The notes beneath the pieces are model-generated. The model was not told the origin of the DNA. It saw only the letters and a list, made by a program, of their open reading frames with translations, and made no database searches. The translations under genes were made by a program, and so were the position numbers. 64,000 nt of DNA from Octopus vulgaris (Eukaryota), in the NCBI GenBank assembly GCA_951406725.2, contig OX597814.1, positions 135,346,001 through 135,410,000 of the forward strand, in the 5' to 3' direction. Positions 12,797-25,947 of this stretch are shown in pieces; position 1 is the stretch's first letter, and each line of letters starts with the position of its first letter.

Positions 12797-13514
12797 TAAT
12801 ATAGACAGCCATGTGTCGTGTGTTACTAAAAAGAAAAACTATAAATGTCATTGAATATAACACCTACATTGCTAGAAATAAGAGTTAAAAAGCTCTACTG
12901 CTGTAGTTAAAGCACATAATTATATACATATGTACTGACAGGGACTGTAATTGCCTGAAAACACCAGTTAAGACATTCTCTATACTGGTAAGTCAGTTTT
13001 GGCTAATTTTGTAGCCTCATCAATATGGACCGCTTGATTCAGCTGATTCTGGACTTAATTTTCTGTCAGAACATATGTATTCACCATAAAAATATATGGA
13101 TGATTTAGTGAATTGCTAATATGTATACAAAAAATTAATATATATATCATATATATAATACTTTTTGATAGTTATATATAATAAAAAAGAAAATAATAAT
13201 ATTTTATATATATATATCATATATATATACATATATATATACACACACACACACATATATATATATGTGTATGTGTGTATATATATATATATATATCTTC
13301 ATCATTTAACATCTACTTTACCCTGTTTGCAAGGATCAAACAGAATTTGTTGCTGTAGATTTTCTACATCTGGATGCTCATCCTGTCATCATGCACAAAT
13401 ATGTGCATATATATATGTGCATGTATATGTATATTTTTATGTATACATATATGTGAATATATATTTATATATCATGTACATGTATATGCATATGTACATG
13501 TGTGTGTGTGTGTG

Positions 13515-13581
<67 letters not shown>

Positions 13582-13582
<1 letters not shown>

Positions 13583-13792
13583 GAGTGGGTGTTAAAAAGT
13601 TCCTGGCTTTGGGTAAAAGAAAATACAGGAGGATCAGTTAATTATGATTTAGTCAACTATTCCTCTCTCCAATTCACACACTTATTGCTTTAGTCAGTTT
13701 TTCTAAGCCCTGTAAAAGAACTGAGAAGATTGGACCACCAGCCAGACCTTTCACAATACCTTCAGAGCCAGGAACTTTTCAGCACCTCCTCA
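13582..13792. mobile_element. Mariner-type MITE
   Basis: Imperfect TIR tgagtgggtgttaaaaagttcctggcttt / agagccaggaacttttcagcacctcctca with TA flanks. Second copy in the opposite orientation at 55842-56052. Confidence 0.82.
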
Positions 13793-14208
13793 TATATGTG
13801 TATGTTTATATATGTGCATGTATTTATATTCATATATGTGTATGTATGTGTATATATTTATATGAGTGCATGCATATGTACACACACACACACACATCTA
13901 CATTTGTATTTATATCCAGTAGCATATTCTCTCTAGTGTAGTAGTATCCCTGCCTGACATCCAGAAAAACTTGGCTTGGTTTCCCATGAGAGATAAATGA
14001 AACATGTCCCATTGCAAACAAATATTCCTATCTGTCTTTTACTCTGAAGGTAAATCCCAAATTGGAGAATGGTGCAGAATGACTAATAATCAGAGAATTA
14101 CTTTTTTATTCTTGATTGAAAACCTGTGTTGGAGTCGGAAAGAATAACACGAGAACCTTTTTGTGTGTGTGTGTTTGTGTGTGTGTGTATGTGTGTGTGT
14201 GTGCGTGT

Positions 14209-14240
<32 letters not shown>

Positions 14241-14533
14241 ATTTGCACACATGTGCATAGCATTGAGGAGTAGAAATACTTGTGCTTTTGTTTGAATCAG
14301 AAATAAAACTCTACAATCAAGTCTCTGCTGCGTTGTCATTATTTCATTGGGGAAAGTTAGACCTGCTGCTGAAATTGTTGTGTCCTCTTGCTCTTACTCA
14401 TCACAAGACTTTTAACTATGGATACGTTGGGAGTGGCATATGTATTGCATAAGCATATGTTGCTGTAATCCAGAGATATACAGATGACTCATCGTCTAAT
14501 AGTTATCACCTGACAAAATGATGCAAACCTCAA

Positions 14534-14535
<2 letters not shown>

Positions 14536-14583
<48 letters not shown>

Positions 14584-14715
14584 ATTATTTTTATTTTTTA
14601 TTTATTTAATTATTTTAATTAAATTTTTAAAAAAAGTTAGATATATATAACTAGCAAAAAGTATTAAAAAATTTAATATAAGATAAAAAGTATAAGATAA
14701 AAATATGTCTATCTA

Positions 14716-14790
<75 letters not shown>

Positions 14791-14875
14791 CTATATATAC
14801 ACAAACACACACACACTCACACATATATATAAATAAATGTATTTATATATATAAATATATATATATATATATTTA
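14536..14875. repeat. Compound microsatellites (TA)n, (TATC)n, (CA)n
   Basis: Directly visible. Confidence 0.9.
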
Positions 14876-15052
14876 GGTGTAGGAGTGGCTGTGTGGTACA
14901 TAGCTTACTTATGAACCACATGGTTCCGTGTTCAGTCCCACTGCGTGGCACCTTGGTCAAGTGCCTTCTACTATAACCTCGGGCCAACCAAAGCTTTGTG
15001 AGTGGATTTGGTAGACAGAAATTGAAAGAAGCCCATTATATATATGTATGTA

Positions 15053-15121
<69 letters not shown>

Positions 15122-15128
15122 CTGTGTG

Positions 15129-15165
<37 letters not shown>

Positions 15166-15366
15166 CACGTACACATGTAAATATACATATATAAGAATAT
15201 ATTTATATAGGAGTGGGTGGGTGGTAAGTAGCTTGCTTACGGACCCCATGATTCTGGGTTCAGTCTCACTGCATGGCACCTTGGGCAAGTGTCCTCTACT
15301 ATAGTCTCAGGCCTACCAAACCCTTGTAAGTGGATTTGGCAGACGGAAACTGAAAGAACCTGTTGT
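14876..15366 (+). mobile_element. Two tandem family A SINE heads separated by (TA)/(TG) repeats
   Basis: Heads at about 14876-15036 and 15209-15366, with B-box-like gttcagtccc / gttcagtctc. Confidence 0.78.
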
Positions 15367-15375
15367 ATATATAAG

Positions 15376-15415
<40 letters not shown>

Positions 15416-16104
15416 CATCATTTAATGTCTTTTTACCTTATTGTCATGGGCTGAATGGTTTGACAAGAGCATATGAGCCAGAGGGCCCTGCTAGGTTCTA
15501 TGTCTTCTTTGGCATGGTTTCTATAGCTAAACATCTTCCTAACATCCACTCAGAATGTACTGGGTGCTTTTTACATGGCACCAGTACCTGTGAGGTAGCC
15601 AAGTATCCACAAGATGTGATCCCCACAGCTGAGCAGAATATAGACTGGAGGAATAAGAAACTATGATAGGAGAGAAGCAGGTGTCTTGCTGAAGAGGTGA
15701 ATACATGGCTTGCCCATTTAGAAAGTGAGAGAGAGAAAGAGAAAAAGAGATGTGAGGTCTTGATACAATGTTAATATGGAACAGAATAGGATAGAAGATT
15801 AGAAAAGTTAGATGTATACTTATGTGCATTGAGTGAAAGCTGTGTACAGATGATTAGAGATAGGGAATGAGTTGGATGCAGTACCAGGGGAAAGTGAAGA
15901 AAAAAACAATTGCATGACTTGGTGGTTAGGGTATTCTACTCACAATCTTAACTTTCTTGTGCATGAAGAAAATATATATTTTTATCATGTCAATTCCCAC
16001 CCTTGTTTTATCTATCTCTCCTTTGTCACACTCTTACAATTTTTAACCCCACATCTCATCCATCCACTGCCCTCTCATCTGCTGTGTTATTCTTCCACTG
16101 TAAA

Positions 16105-16403
16105 AAATAGGGTAAAGACCCCCTTCAATCATGAATGACCATGGAATGCACCTAGAAAGTTCCCCTCCAAGGCACAAATCTGGGCAAGGTTGTTTATGGA
16201 AGATCAGTTGTCGCCTATGCATACCAGTCTCTTCTCTCCATGCTACTGATGTTATCCAAGGGAAAGGCAAAGGCCAATACAGCTTGGTACCAGCAATGTC
16301 ACTACTTATTTCTACAGCTGAGTGAACTGAAGCAATGCAAAATAAAGTATCTTGCTCAAGAACACAATTCAGGGCCTCAAACCATTAAGCCATGCACTTT
16401 CAC
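16105..16403 (-). mobile_element. SINE (family D head) with 17-bp target-site duplication
   Basis: tattcttccactgtaaa flanks it at 16088-16104 and 16404-16420. The tgtgttcttgagcaag...ttcactcagctg segment is shared with 9650-9835, 26135-26310 and 44507-44760. Confidence 0.78.
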
Positions 16404-17624
16404 TATTCTTCCACTGTAAATAATCAAATAAGAATCTGTTATTATAAACTGTATCATATCACTATTTTTGCTTTACCAGACATCACTCCCTCTGCTCTGA
16501 GCTCTCAACATTGGTCCATCATTTTTATCATCCCTTCACTTATGTTTACCATCGATTACCCCCACCACTCCTGTTTGCTATTCCCTACATTTACTTCCTA
16601 TATATATCTGACCACCTCTACTCTATCTTTATATCCAGCTTTCACTCTTGCCTCATACTCTTGTAATTTTACCCACACCTGTTGATTCTCTTGTTTCTAT
16701 GTGCTCTTCTATTTAACTTTCTTGTACATGAAGAAAATATATGTGAGTGTGTGCATGTATGGGAGAATTTGTTTTTGAAAATGCACCTGAATTTGAAAAA
16801 CTTGTAATTGTTTTTAAATAAATTTATTTACATACATACCAAACTAGTTTCAACAATTTTTTGTTTGTCAATGGTATAAACATATATAAAAAATAGGATT
16901 TAAAAAAATTTAAATTGTGAAGTAGAAAACATGTTTAAATGATTAAATGTTCACACAAGTTCAATGACAGGGGTAGATAATATAAAAAATGATCAGCGAA
17001 GATTATAAAAAATATGGATTACTAAAAGTTCAATCATACTGAGTTATTATAGAATACATGGACAAGAGAGAGAAATAAGAAAAGAAGAGAGTAAAAAAAG
17101 GGTTTCTTTTACAGTTTCTGACATCTTGCATGCGATTCTTTTTTCCATCATATACAGAGCTTTTTAGTTTTAACAGAGTGTTTTGGAATCAGTGTATATA
17201 TATGTTTTTCCACAGATGGATCTAATTTTTGATTCATTAAAATTCTGATGACATCTTATTCTTTTTAGTAGTCAAGTTTGGCATTCTGCTTGGCTGACTT
17301 CCCTGTAATTGGTTGATTCTCTTAAGGGGTCGGTTTGTTTTTTTCCTGAGGGTCTGGTTCTGATCGGAAGTAAAAGTTCATTGGTCTAGAGGTAGATGAC
17401 ATTAGCAACTGGTGTTTGAGAAGGTGTATGGTGTTATTGTATAGTGATTTGGAGTTGCAGTTTCAAAACCCAGGTGGAAAGCTGTTACTAAAGTTTTTGA
17501 ATTATGTCTGTTGTATCTGGTTGTTTCTTTGTGGAGAAATTGAGTTTTTCTTCTTTCTAGTGTTTTTTCTTCTGTCTAAAGGATATTTAGTTGTAGTTTA
17601 TATTTTTTAATGAGTATGCTTTCC

Positions 17625-19320
17625 TTATTCAATCAGAATTGGCTTGAAGTGTTTCTGGTGCACTGATTTGGTATTTTGGATTTATGTTTGTGGGGCATTG
17701 ATCAGGAAGATTTGGTATTTTGGGTTTATGTTTGTGGAGCATTGGTCTAGATGTTTGCTTACAGGAATTTTCCTGGTCATGGAGTACCGGATTTGTTGTC
17801 TGTGTACCCTCAGTCTGTCCTTCAAGGTCAAACTAGCTTCACCTATGTAATTTCCATCACATCCACCACTTTTAAGGACATAGATTAAATTCTTTGCTGC
17901 ATAGTTGAAGTGATTTTTTTATGGTGAAAGTTTGACCTGACTTAAATTTATATGTCGAGCCATCTAAGAGGTAGATGCAAGTCCCACAGTTAGGGCGGTT
18001 GCATTTTTTGAATAGTGGGGTTGTAATTTTAGTAGATAATTTGACACTGGTGAGTAACCTTTTTAGGGATTGCAGTCGTCTCTTGCTTTTAATAATCTTA
18101 TGTGTTTCCAGTGCTTTTTTCACTCAAAGGTTGTTCATAAGGTGGGGTATATTTTGGTGGATGATGGTGTATGCTTCCATGTTTCTTGGATTGTTTGTTG
18201 ATACGTAAGACAAGGTTTTAAGTGTGTTATGGGGTTTTCTTGTTTTCCGTAATTCTTGAATGTCTATCGTTTTTGCATGTTCAGTTCCGTTTTTGATTAA
18301 ACTAGCTGGGTATTTTCTTTCTGTTAATGTATTTTTAAGTTCTTGGAGTTGTTTATTTTGGGTTTTGAGATTTGATGCAATTGTGCAAATTCTTCTTGCC
18401 AAGTTGAACGATATATTGATTTTAGTATGTTTTGGGTAGCAGAAAGAGAATAGAAGATATTGTTTTGAGTCCGTTGGTTTGAAGTAGATGTCAGTGTCAA
18501 TTTCAGTATCTCTTTTCATGATTAAGATGTCCATGAAGGGGAGCTGTTTGTGATTGTATTCCATTGTAAATTGGATACTGTGGTTAATGCTGTTAATTAA
18601 GTTTTTAAATTCTAAGAGTTGCTCAAGGTTATGTGATCACAGAATGAGTGTTTCCAGTTGGCAAGTAAGTATTTTTGGAAGTTGTCTCCAAATTTCAGTA
18701 TAGTGTATACTTGGACTTTCAAGTATGCCTTGACAAGGTTAGCAAATGTAGGAGCCACCCTCGTTCCCATCGCCGTGCTCGATTTTGTTTGTAGGTGTTC
18801 TCATTGGAGTTGAAGAAGTTGTTCTGTAGAATGAATTTTATTCCTTCAATAATGAATCCTTTTCCAATTTTGTCAGGAATGTCATTTGAGAATTTTTCAA
18901 GCCAGAATTGTATGGCTTCTATTCTGTATTTGTGAGGAATCAAAGCATAGAGGTTTATTACGTCAAATGAAACCAGAAGGGAGTCCTTGATGATTTTATT
19001 CAGGAGATGGTTTTATAAAGTCCAGATCATCCCAATAAAGTTACTGAGTCTGTGTGTCTCACATGAGGAAACAGCTACAATTGGTTTCATTTTGAGATCT
19101 CTTGGATGTGGAATATTTATGACTAAAGAAGTTGATTTGCTCCAGTCTTTGTTTATGGCTTGGAAGTCCATAACAGTTGCTGGTTTTGCAGTCAAATCTA
19201 GTTAAGTAATCTCTCTCCTTTTCTGTTAAATCTTGTTCAAACTGATGGATAAGGGTAGTAAGCTTTGCCATTATCTTGGATTGACTGTAGTTGTTGATTT
19301 TTTCATTAAAAGTGTGTTCA
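17625..19320 (-). mobile_element. Penelope-like element, decayed RT and GIY-YIG endonuclease
   Basis: Motifs across frames: YGLP, KPIVA, LVSFDVINLYALIPH, TAMGTRVAPTFANL, LPFMDI, TDIYFKPT, Cys linker CNRPNCGTC, KNLIYVL and GCDGNYIGE, ending HFKPILIE-stop. The YxDD segment appears deleted near 18645. Confidence 0.9.
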
Positions 19321-19569
19321 TGGGTTAAATTCAGTAAGCAGATACTTTAAAACTTCAACACCTGTGAATACCTAAAAACCACTTGCTAAGTGATTTCTTA
19401 CCAAACCTAAACTGAATAAATAACAAGGCAACACACACACACGCACGCACGCACACACACACACACACACATTAATGTTTGCATTTATATTTAGTTATAA
19501 TTAAAACAATTTTATGTAATCAGAGGGGTTACTCTATACTTTTATAAAGTACAACTTTATTCTTCAACA

Positions 19570-20140
19570 AGAATATTGTAGACAATGACTTGAAGTTTCA
19601 ACCAGTTAAGCCATCATCAGACTGTGATGCATTACAGTTAATCTTGGTTTTATATAGTCTCAATGACAACAAGTAAAGAAACTGACCAACTAAAACATCA
19701 TGTGTTTACATTCTTTTGTGAACCCCTAAAAAATTCCATTACCAAAATGTTTATACACCCAGTTATTAACGATTTAAATACTGGTCTTTGTACCTTGTCA
19801 AAACCAAGAATAAAATCAATCCAATAAAACCAAAAAAAACTAAACAACTAATACATTTTGCGCCCACCAAATAAAGGGAAACATCTAAACATACACTGCT
19901 TACAATGCTCTACATACATTAATAAATTCTAAACAATACTATCACCCTAAATTAAATCAATAAAAATTTCTCCATAACAATCCACCCTTAAAGCCAAATT
20001 ACCATCTCACTCAAACCCACATGCACAAGGAAGATTTTAACATGACAGAGACTATATAAAATCAAAATTAATTTTAATGCATTGTAGTCTGATGATGGCT
20101 TAACTGGCCAAAACTTCAAAGTCACTGTGTAAAATATTCT
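19570..20140. mobile_element. Truncated PLE with inverted pseudo-LTRs, each carrying a hammerhead motif
   Basis: 19570-19661 is the diverged reverse complement of 20048-20140. Both contain CTGATGA-tggcttaactgg..-(G/A)AAA-cttcaa(a)g-TC. Confidence 0.72.
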
Positions 20141-21286
20141 TATATATATGTATTTATTAAGAAGCTCGCTTCCTAACCATATGATCATGGGTTGCTTGTT
20201 TCCTATCTTTGGTGTAAAACATTTTGGAAACCTTGCTTGGGAATAGGTAAGAGTTGGCAACAAGTGAGATATTCAGACATAAAAAAAAACTGTTTCAACA
20301 AATTTTGTATGACCCATGCAGACATGGAAAATGAGATGTTAAATTATATATATGTATGTGTGTACATAATATTTTTCTAAGTCATCTCATATTCTTTCCT
20401 TACAAATTTAGCAATAAAATAAAATAAACTTTTGCATACACATACAGAACATGCATTCATACATGTGTTAATATATACATTTAATAGTATATTTGTGGAT
20501 ATATGCATGTACATACTTGCACACATGCACACACACAAATTTTGAAGACTAAGTTGTTTGCACTGTTCCCCCCACCACCCTGTTTCCTTCCAAAACAATA
20601 TAGCATACCATTAATTTTCTCTTACCCAGAACCTTCATTTCAAAATGTAACTTATATGGTTGACATTCCTGAAAAAAGTTCACAGCTCTGACCAGCCACT
20701 AGATGAAACTCAAATAAGCTGTCACATTTGATATAATGAGCATATCTCACCACTCTTCTCCATCTATCCTTGATATCACCAGACTATATATTGGCATTTA
20801 TACTCAGGTACTAACAGTTCATACTATATAATTAACCTCTGTATATTAGCATATACAATATGGTCCTTCTATAGGCAGAGCCATGATATATTTGGAACAG
20901 TAGATCTGTTAGTCTCAAATATTTGTTCAGCTGAATGATTATCTATGTGTCATAGGTCTGCTCAGTCACAACACTACACAAGAACAAAACAACATAAATT
21001 AGATAACTCATAAAGGAACATCACACTGTACCTTGAGTCAAACAATTGTATCTATTTCTCAATGACATTAACCATGTTATCTTTAGAGAAGCAAACTATC
21101 AGTTTTAATAGCAAGAGCAGAATAATAAATAAAGGTGGAGAAAATAACTACAGCATTGTTGCAATATTTTATGTCATGCAATTCAAAAGATGTTATAAAT
21201 GTTCATTACAGTTTAATGTGATGCAAATGATGATGGTGAGGTAAATGCCATTATCTCCATGAAAAATATCATCACCATCATCCACA

Positions 21287-21397
21287 TTCTTCTTCTTCTT
21301 CTTCTTCTTCTTCTTCTTCTTCTTCTTCTTCTTCTTCTTCCTTCCTTCCTTCCTTCCTCCTCCTCCTCCTCCACCTCCTCCTCATTCTTCTTCTTCT
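21287..21397. repeat. (TTC)n/(TCC)n microsatellite
   Basis: Directly visible. Confidence 0.95.
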
Positions 21398-21939
21398 TGA
21401 GTGAGAGAGCAGTGCATGCCATTCAAGTGACATTGGAGTACAAATATACGAAGCCCAGTATACCCATCATGACTACCTGTCTGATAAGAGTACACCAGGC
21501 ACATGCATCACAACCATATGTGTGCAACATGGTGATCTCATATCAAGATAAACAGTGCATGACCTTGCATGTGGGATCCAGTTAGAATTTTCTTCAGGTC
21601 AAGTAACCCATCCCACTCAAAAAGTCCCTAAATAAGGTTTGTTTCCAGAGGTGAATTATCCAAACCCCAAAGAATTCCTCTCAACACATGGCTTTGATGT
21701 TCCCCCACTACTTCTGCTTGTGATCAGAGATGTACATATCATCAGCCACTAAGGGATATTCTCAAATGGTTAGGGTCAAACAACTGACAAGTGAATCTGT
21801 GATATTGGGCTGAGTGTTTCCTGTAGCCCATCTTTTATACCAAGACAAAACAATGTACATGACAACACCTACAATCAGTTAAGATGAGAAGCCATGAAAG
21901 CCACTACCTGGTACTGCATCAGGGCATTATTATTATTAT

Positions 21940-22886
21940 CCACAACAACCTCCACCTTATGTGATACATTATAGAGAGGGCTGGGGTCAAAGCTGGTTTC
22001 GGGGGTGCTCTGATCAGTGTGGGTCAATCGAAAGCATTTGATAGGTTGACCATTGCTACTTGGAAACCATCCTGAGAGGTAATTTCAAACCCATTTTCTG
22101 AGGCTGGATCGCTGTAATGCTTAGCAGCATCTGTTCAGTGGTCAAAGTAAATGGCTACTTATCAGAGCCATTTGGCATTGCACACTCAGTCCATCAGGGC
22201 TGTCCGCTGTTGCCTCTTCTGTAAGAAACAGGCTGAGAAGAAGCTGTCTCCGTTATCATTTATCGTCTCTGTTATCATTTATTGCCTGATTGTCATTCCT
22301 TGTCCCAGTTACTGCTTAAAGCAGATTGGAGTGTCTCTTATTCAAATTCTTGTGGAAATGATGCATTCCAATGGTCGGGTGGTCAGTTTGTTGCCTGTAT
22401 CCTCTGAGTGGTGGATTAGGTATGCGGTGGCTCCTAATGAGCAGACATGCTCTTAGGTTACACCACCTGCAATGATTTCTAGACAGTGAGCATGTGTGGG
22501 CTCTGTTTATGAGGCTCGTCTTTCCACATCTTGTCTCCTTGATGGAGCTGCAGTCCTGGGTGAAGAAAAGACAAGAAAAGACACCTGGAACCTAGAATGT
22601 TATCAGACATTCACAACCCTCTACCAGTCAGGCAATGGGATCGGTGGATGTTCCACTTTAGAAATCTAAAGATTAGTGGCAGATTAGGGCCACATCTCTA
22701 TTATCCTCCTTGCCACTTTTTTTTAACCTTTGTATGCTATGCATATGTGCCTTCTTTTTCAGTGTATACTGTGTATACTTAATTTCTTTCTTTCCTTTTG
22801 TTATTTCATTATATGTAAACCCCCACACTTTATGTCTGTCTTTGTATTTGTCTCCCTCATCCTTCACCCTCGTGGCAAATGAAATC
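21940..22886 (+). mobile_element. Tx1/L1-like LINE remnant with internal deletions, flanked by (ATT)n
   Basis: HNNLHLM, ALISVGQSKAFDR, VKVNGYLSEPF and SVHQGCPLLPLL, then downstream fragments and a pyrimidine-rich UTR ending at (ATT)n. Confidence 0.75.
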
Positions 22887-22918
22887 ATTATTATTATTAT
22901 TATTAATTATTATTATTA

Positions 22919-22967
<49 letters not shown>

Positions 22968-22974
22968 CACCACC

Positions 22975-24102
22975 ATTATTTACTTTTAATCTGCATGTTT
23001 GTTACAATCACTCGCTGACACACACCCAGCATCCTAGGGTGAGTGAAGGATAAGAGATGTTACAGTATGACTGACAGCTTGAAGAGGGCAAGTGGCAGGG
23101 GCAGTAGCAAAATATCTCCATCTAATATGACACATACATTTAAATTGATAGGTATTTTCTAATGATGTGGGCAGTACTTGTCAGCACAATCTTTTGGATT
23201 TCTCTGAGACATGGTTCTTCTGGGACATTATCTAAAAGTTTCTGACATCCCTTTCTTATCATATCAAGGGCACCCACAATAACTGGAACAGTTCTCACTT
23301 TAAGATGTCACATCTTTTGTATTTCAATTTCTAGGTTCTTATATTTATTTAATTTGTCAAATCCCTTTATAGATAAATTTTTATCAGTGGGAACACTTAC
23401 ATCTATTAGTCTACAAGTATTTTCTTCTTATTCTTTAATGACTATGTCTGGTCAATTATCCTGCATCATTCTATCTGTGTTACCTGGAAATTCCCAGAGG
23501 ATATTGACATTTTTACCTTCAATGACTGGCTCAGGATGATGTTCATACCAGTAAGCAAAAGTGCTGATTGTGTAGTGTTTACATATTTTCCAATGTAAAT
23601 ACTGTCCTACTCTATTGTGACAATTTTTGTATTCATTTGGCGTTAGCACAGGACATCCTGAGACAAGATGGTCTATTGTTTCATCAAACTTATCACAGAA
23701 TCTGCATTTAGAACCATTTTGAAGAGCATTAGATTGGTAGTTTTTGGTAAGCAAGCTTTGATCTTGTGTCGCCGATATGAAACCTTCAGTCTCTGCTTTC
23801 AGTCCTGAGCTTCTCAGCCACTGGTGGGTTGTTGTTTGGTCTACATCAGCATTTCAGCTTTGGAGTATATACTGTACATGCAGAGGCTTCTGGCTCCACC
23901 ACTCCTCAATTCGTTTCTGCCCATTCTTTTTTGCTGTCTGTTTGATCCATTTTGCTTTTTTTGTGGCAGTGTTTTCAGGTTCTTCATCAAATTCAGGGTT
24001 AATGCCAAGTCCCCTTGTAAGTTTGCAAGCTTCATTGACAGCAGAATGTGCTTTTTTTCTGCTTTCATATTTGCACACAAGCTGCAGCATCCAGTCTTCT
24101 GT
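22975..24102 (-). mobile_element. Dong/R4-like LINE 3' portion (CCHC knuckle and restriction-like endonuclease)
   Basis: KPLHVQY, CRFCDKFDETIDHLVSGC, WYEHHPE, PDIVIK, LIDVSVP, KYKNLEIE, PVIVGAL and EIQKIVL. (ATT)n-type tracts lie on both sides. Confidence 0.88.
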
Positions 24103-24114
24103 ATTATTATTATT

Positions 24115-24149
<35 letters not shown>

Positions 24150-24150
<1 letters not shown>

Positions 24151-24519
24151 AAGGTGGTGAGCTGGCAGAATTGTTAGCATGCTGGGTGAAATGCTTAGTG
24201 TAATATATCTGTAAAGGACCTGGAAATTGAAACACAAAAGATGTGACATCTTAAAGTGAGAACTATTCCTGTTATTGTAGGTGCCCTTGATATAAGAAAG
24301 GGATGTCAGAAACTTCTAGATAATATCCCAGAAGAACCATGTCTCAGAGAAATCCAAAAGATTGTGCTGACAAGTCTTCACATTCTGGGTTCAAATTTCG
24401 CCAAGGTTGACTTTGCCTTTCATTCTTTTGGAGTACCAGTGAAACACTGGGGTTGATTGATGTAATCAACTAGTCCTCTCCCCCAAAATTTCAGGCCTTT
24501 TGCCTTTAGTAGAAAGGAC

Positions 24520-24520
<1 letters not shown>
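24150..24520 (+). mobile_element. Family B SINE interrupted by a 163-bp inverted LINE fragment (24213-24375)
   Basis: SINE head at 24150-24212 resumes at 24376 with the B box. The insert is the reverse complement of 23176-23341. Confidence 0.8.
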
Positions 24521-24574
<54 letters not shown>

Positions 24575-25877
24575 TAAGGTGGCGAGTCAGCAGAATTGTT
24601 ACCACATTGGGCAAAATGATTAACAGCATTTCTTCTAGCTTTATGATCTTAGTTCAAATGTCAATAAGGTTGTCATTGCCTTTCATCCTTTCAGGGTCAA
24701 TAAAATGAGTACCAGTTGAGTTCTGGGGTTGATGTAATTGATTTACCCATTGCTCCCTCCACCCAATCAGGTCTAGTGCCTATAGTAGGTATCTGTACTA
24801 TTGATGATGATGATGAATACTGTCAAAGTCAAAGGCAACAGTTTGGCAGAATTGTCAAAGTGTCTGAGACAACATGAACTCAATAAGCTTAATAGAATAA
24901 CTATCGTAACACTTTTGGTAGATGTTTATGCTTAAATACAACCACTAAAGAAAGAACAAAAAAAATTCTGCTTCAAAACTGGCTAGGAGGAACATAGCCT
25001 TTTAGGTGGTTTTTCTTTTAACTATATATAAAGGACTAGGTTCTCCAATATTTCATTTCCTAATTTTTAGATTGTTTGATGTGATTTGAGGGAAATTTGG
25101 CTGCTATTTCTTTCAGTCTGAGTGACTGTACAGAGGTCTTCCCTTGTAAGCTCAAACTTGGTTGATGGTTAAAATAGGCCAGTCCTCATTGAATAGATGA
25201 AAGATGCTCCAATCATGGTCAATCCATCTTTTTGTACATCAGTGACTAGATTGTCTGCTATATCTTTTATTTAAGACACTAGGGTGTAATTTGAGGGAGA
25301 TTTAGCTGTGCTTTCTATTAGGAGGAGTGGCCATGTAGACACCAGTTTTTAAATACTGAGACTAGCCTACTTAACATTGTTATCACCTTACATAAAGGAA
25401 AATATTGTCAGGTAGTGTCTGCTAGAATGTGATGATAATAAAGTACCTGTTCAGGTGTGTAGTTGCCACCTATTTTTAAGAAGTATTTGTGGATGTTCTT
25501 CCTACGTGAAATAACTAATATTTTGATAGCATTTTTGTTAAAATGAAAATTGACCTCAAAACCAAATGTTTTAATTCTCTAAAAAATTGTATTGCAGCAG
25601 GGATTTTTCAGGGAACTTTTGAGGAGTTTTCATCTGTTGTTCCCTTTTTTTTTTATCCTTTTTTAAAAAATTTAATATATATATATAATCTAGCTTTAAA
25701 TGCAGTCAATGCTTTAAGTTACTAGAAAGCATTGACTGCAGCAATGAATGTGAATAGCAATTATAAGATTGAGCATGCTTTTAATTAAATTTCAGTGTAA
25801 ATATAATAAATTGTATATATATATGTCACAAAAGAAAGAATACAACTCTCGCTTCCCTCTCTCTCTTTACTTCTCCC

Positions 25878-25947
<70 letters not shown>

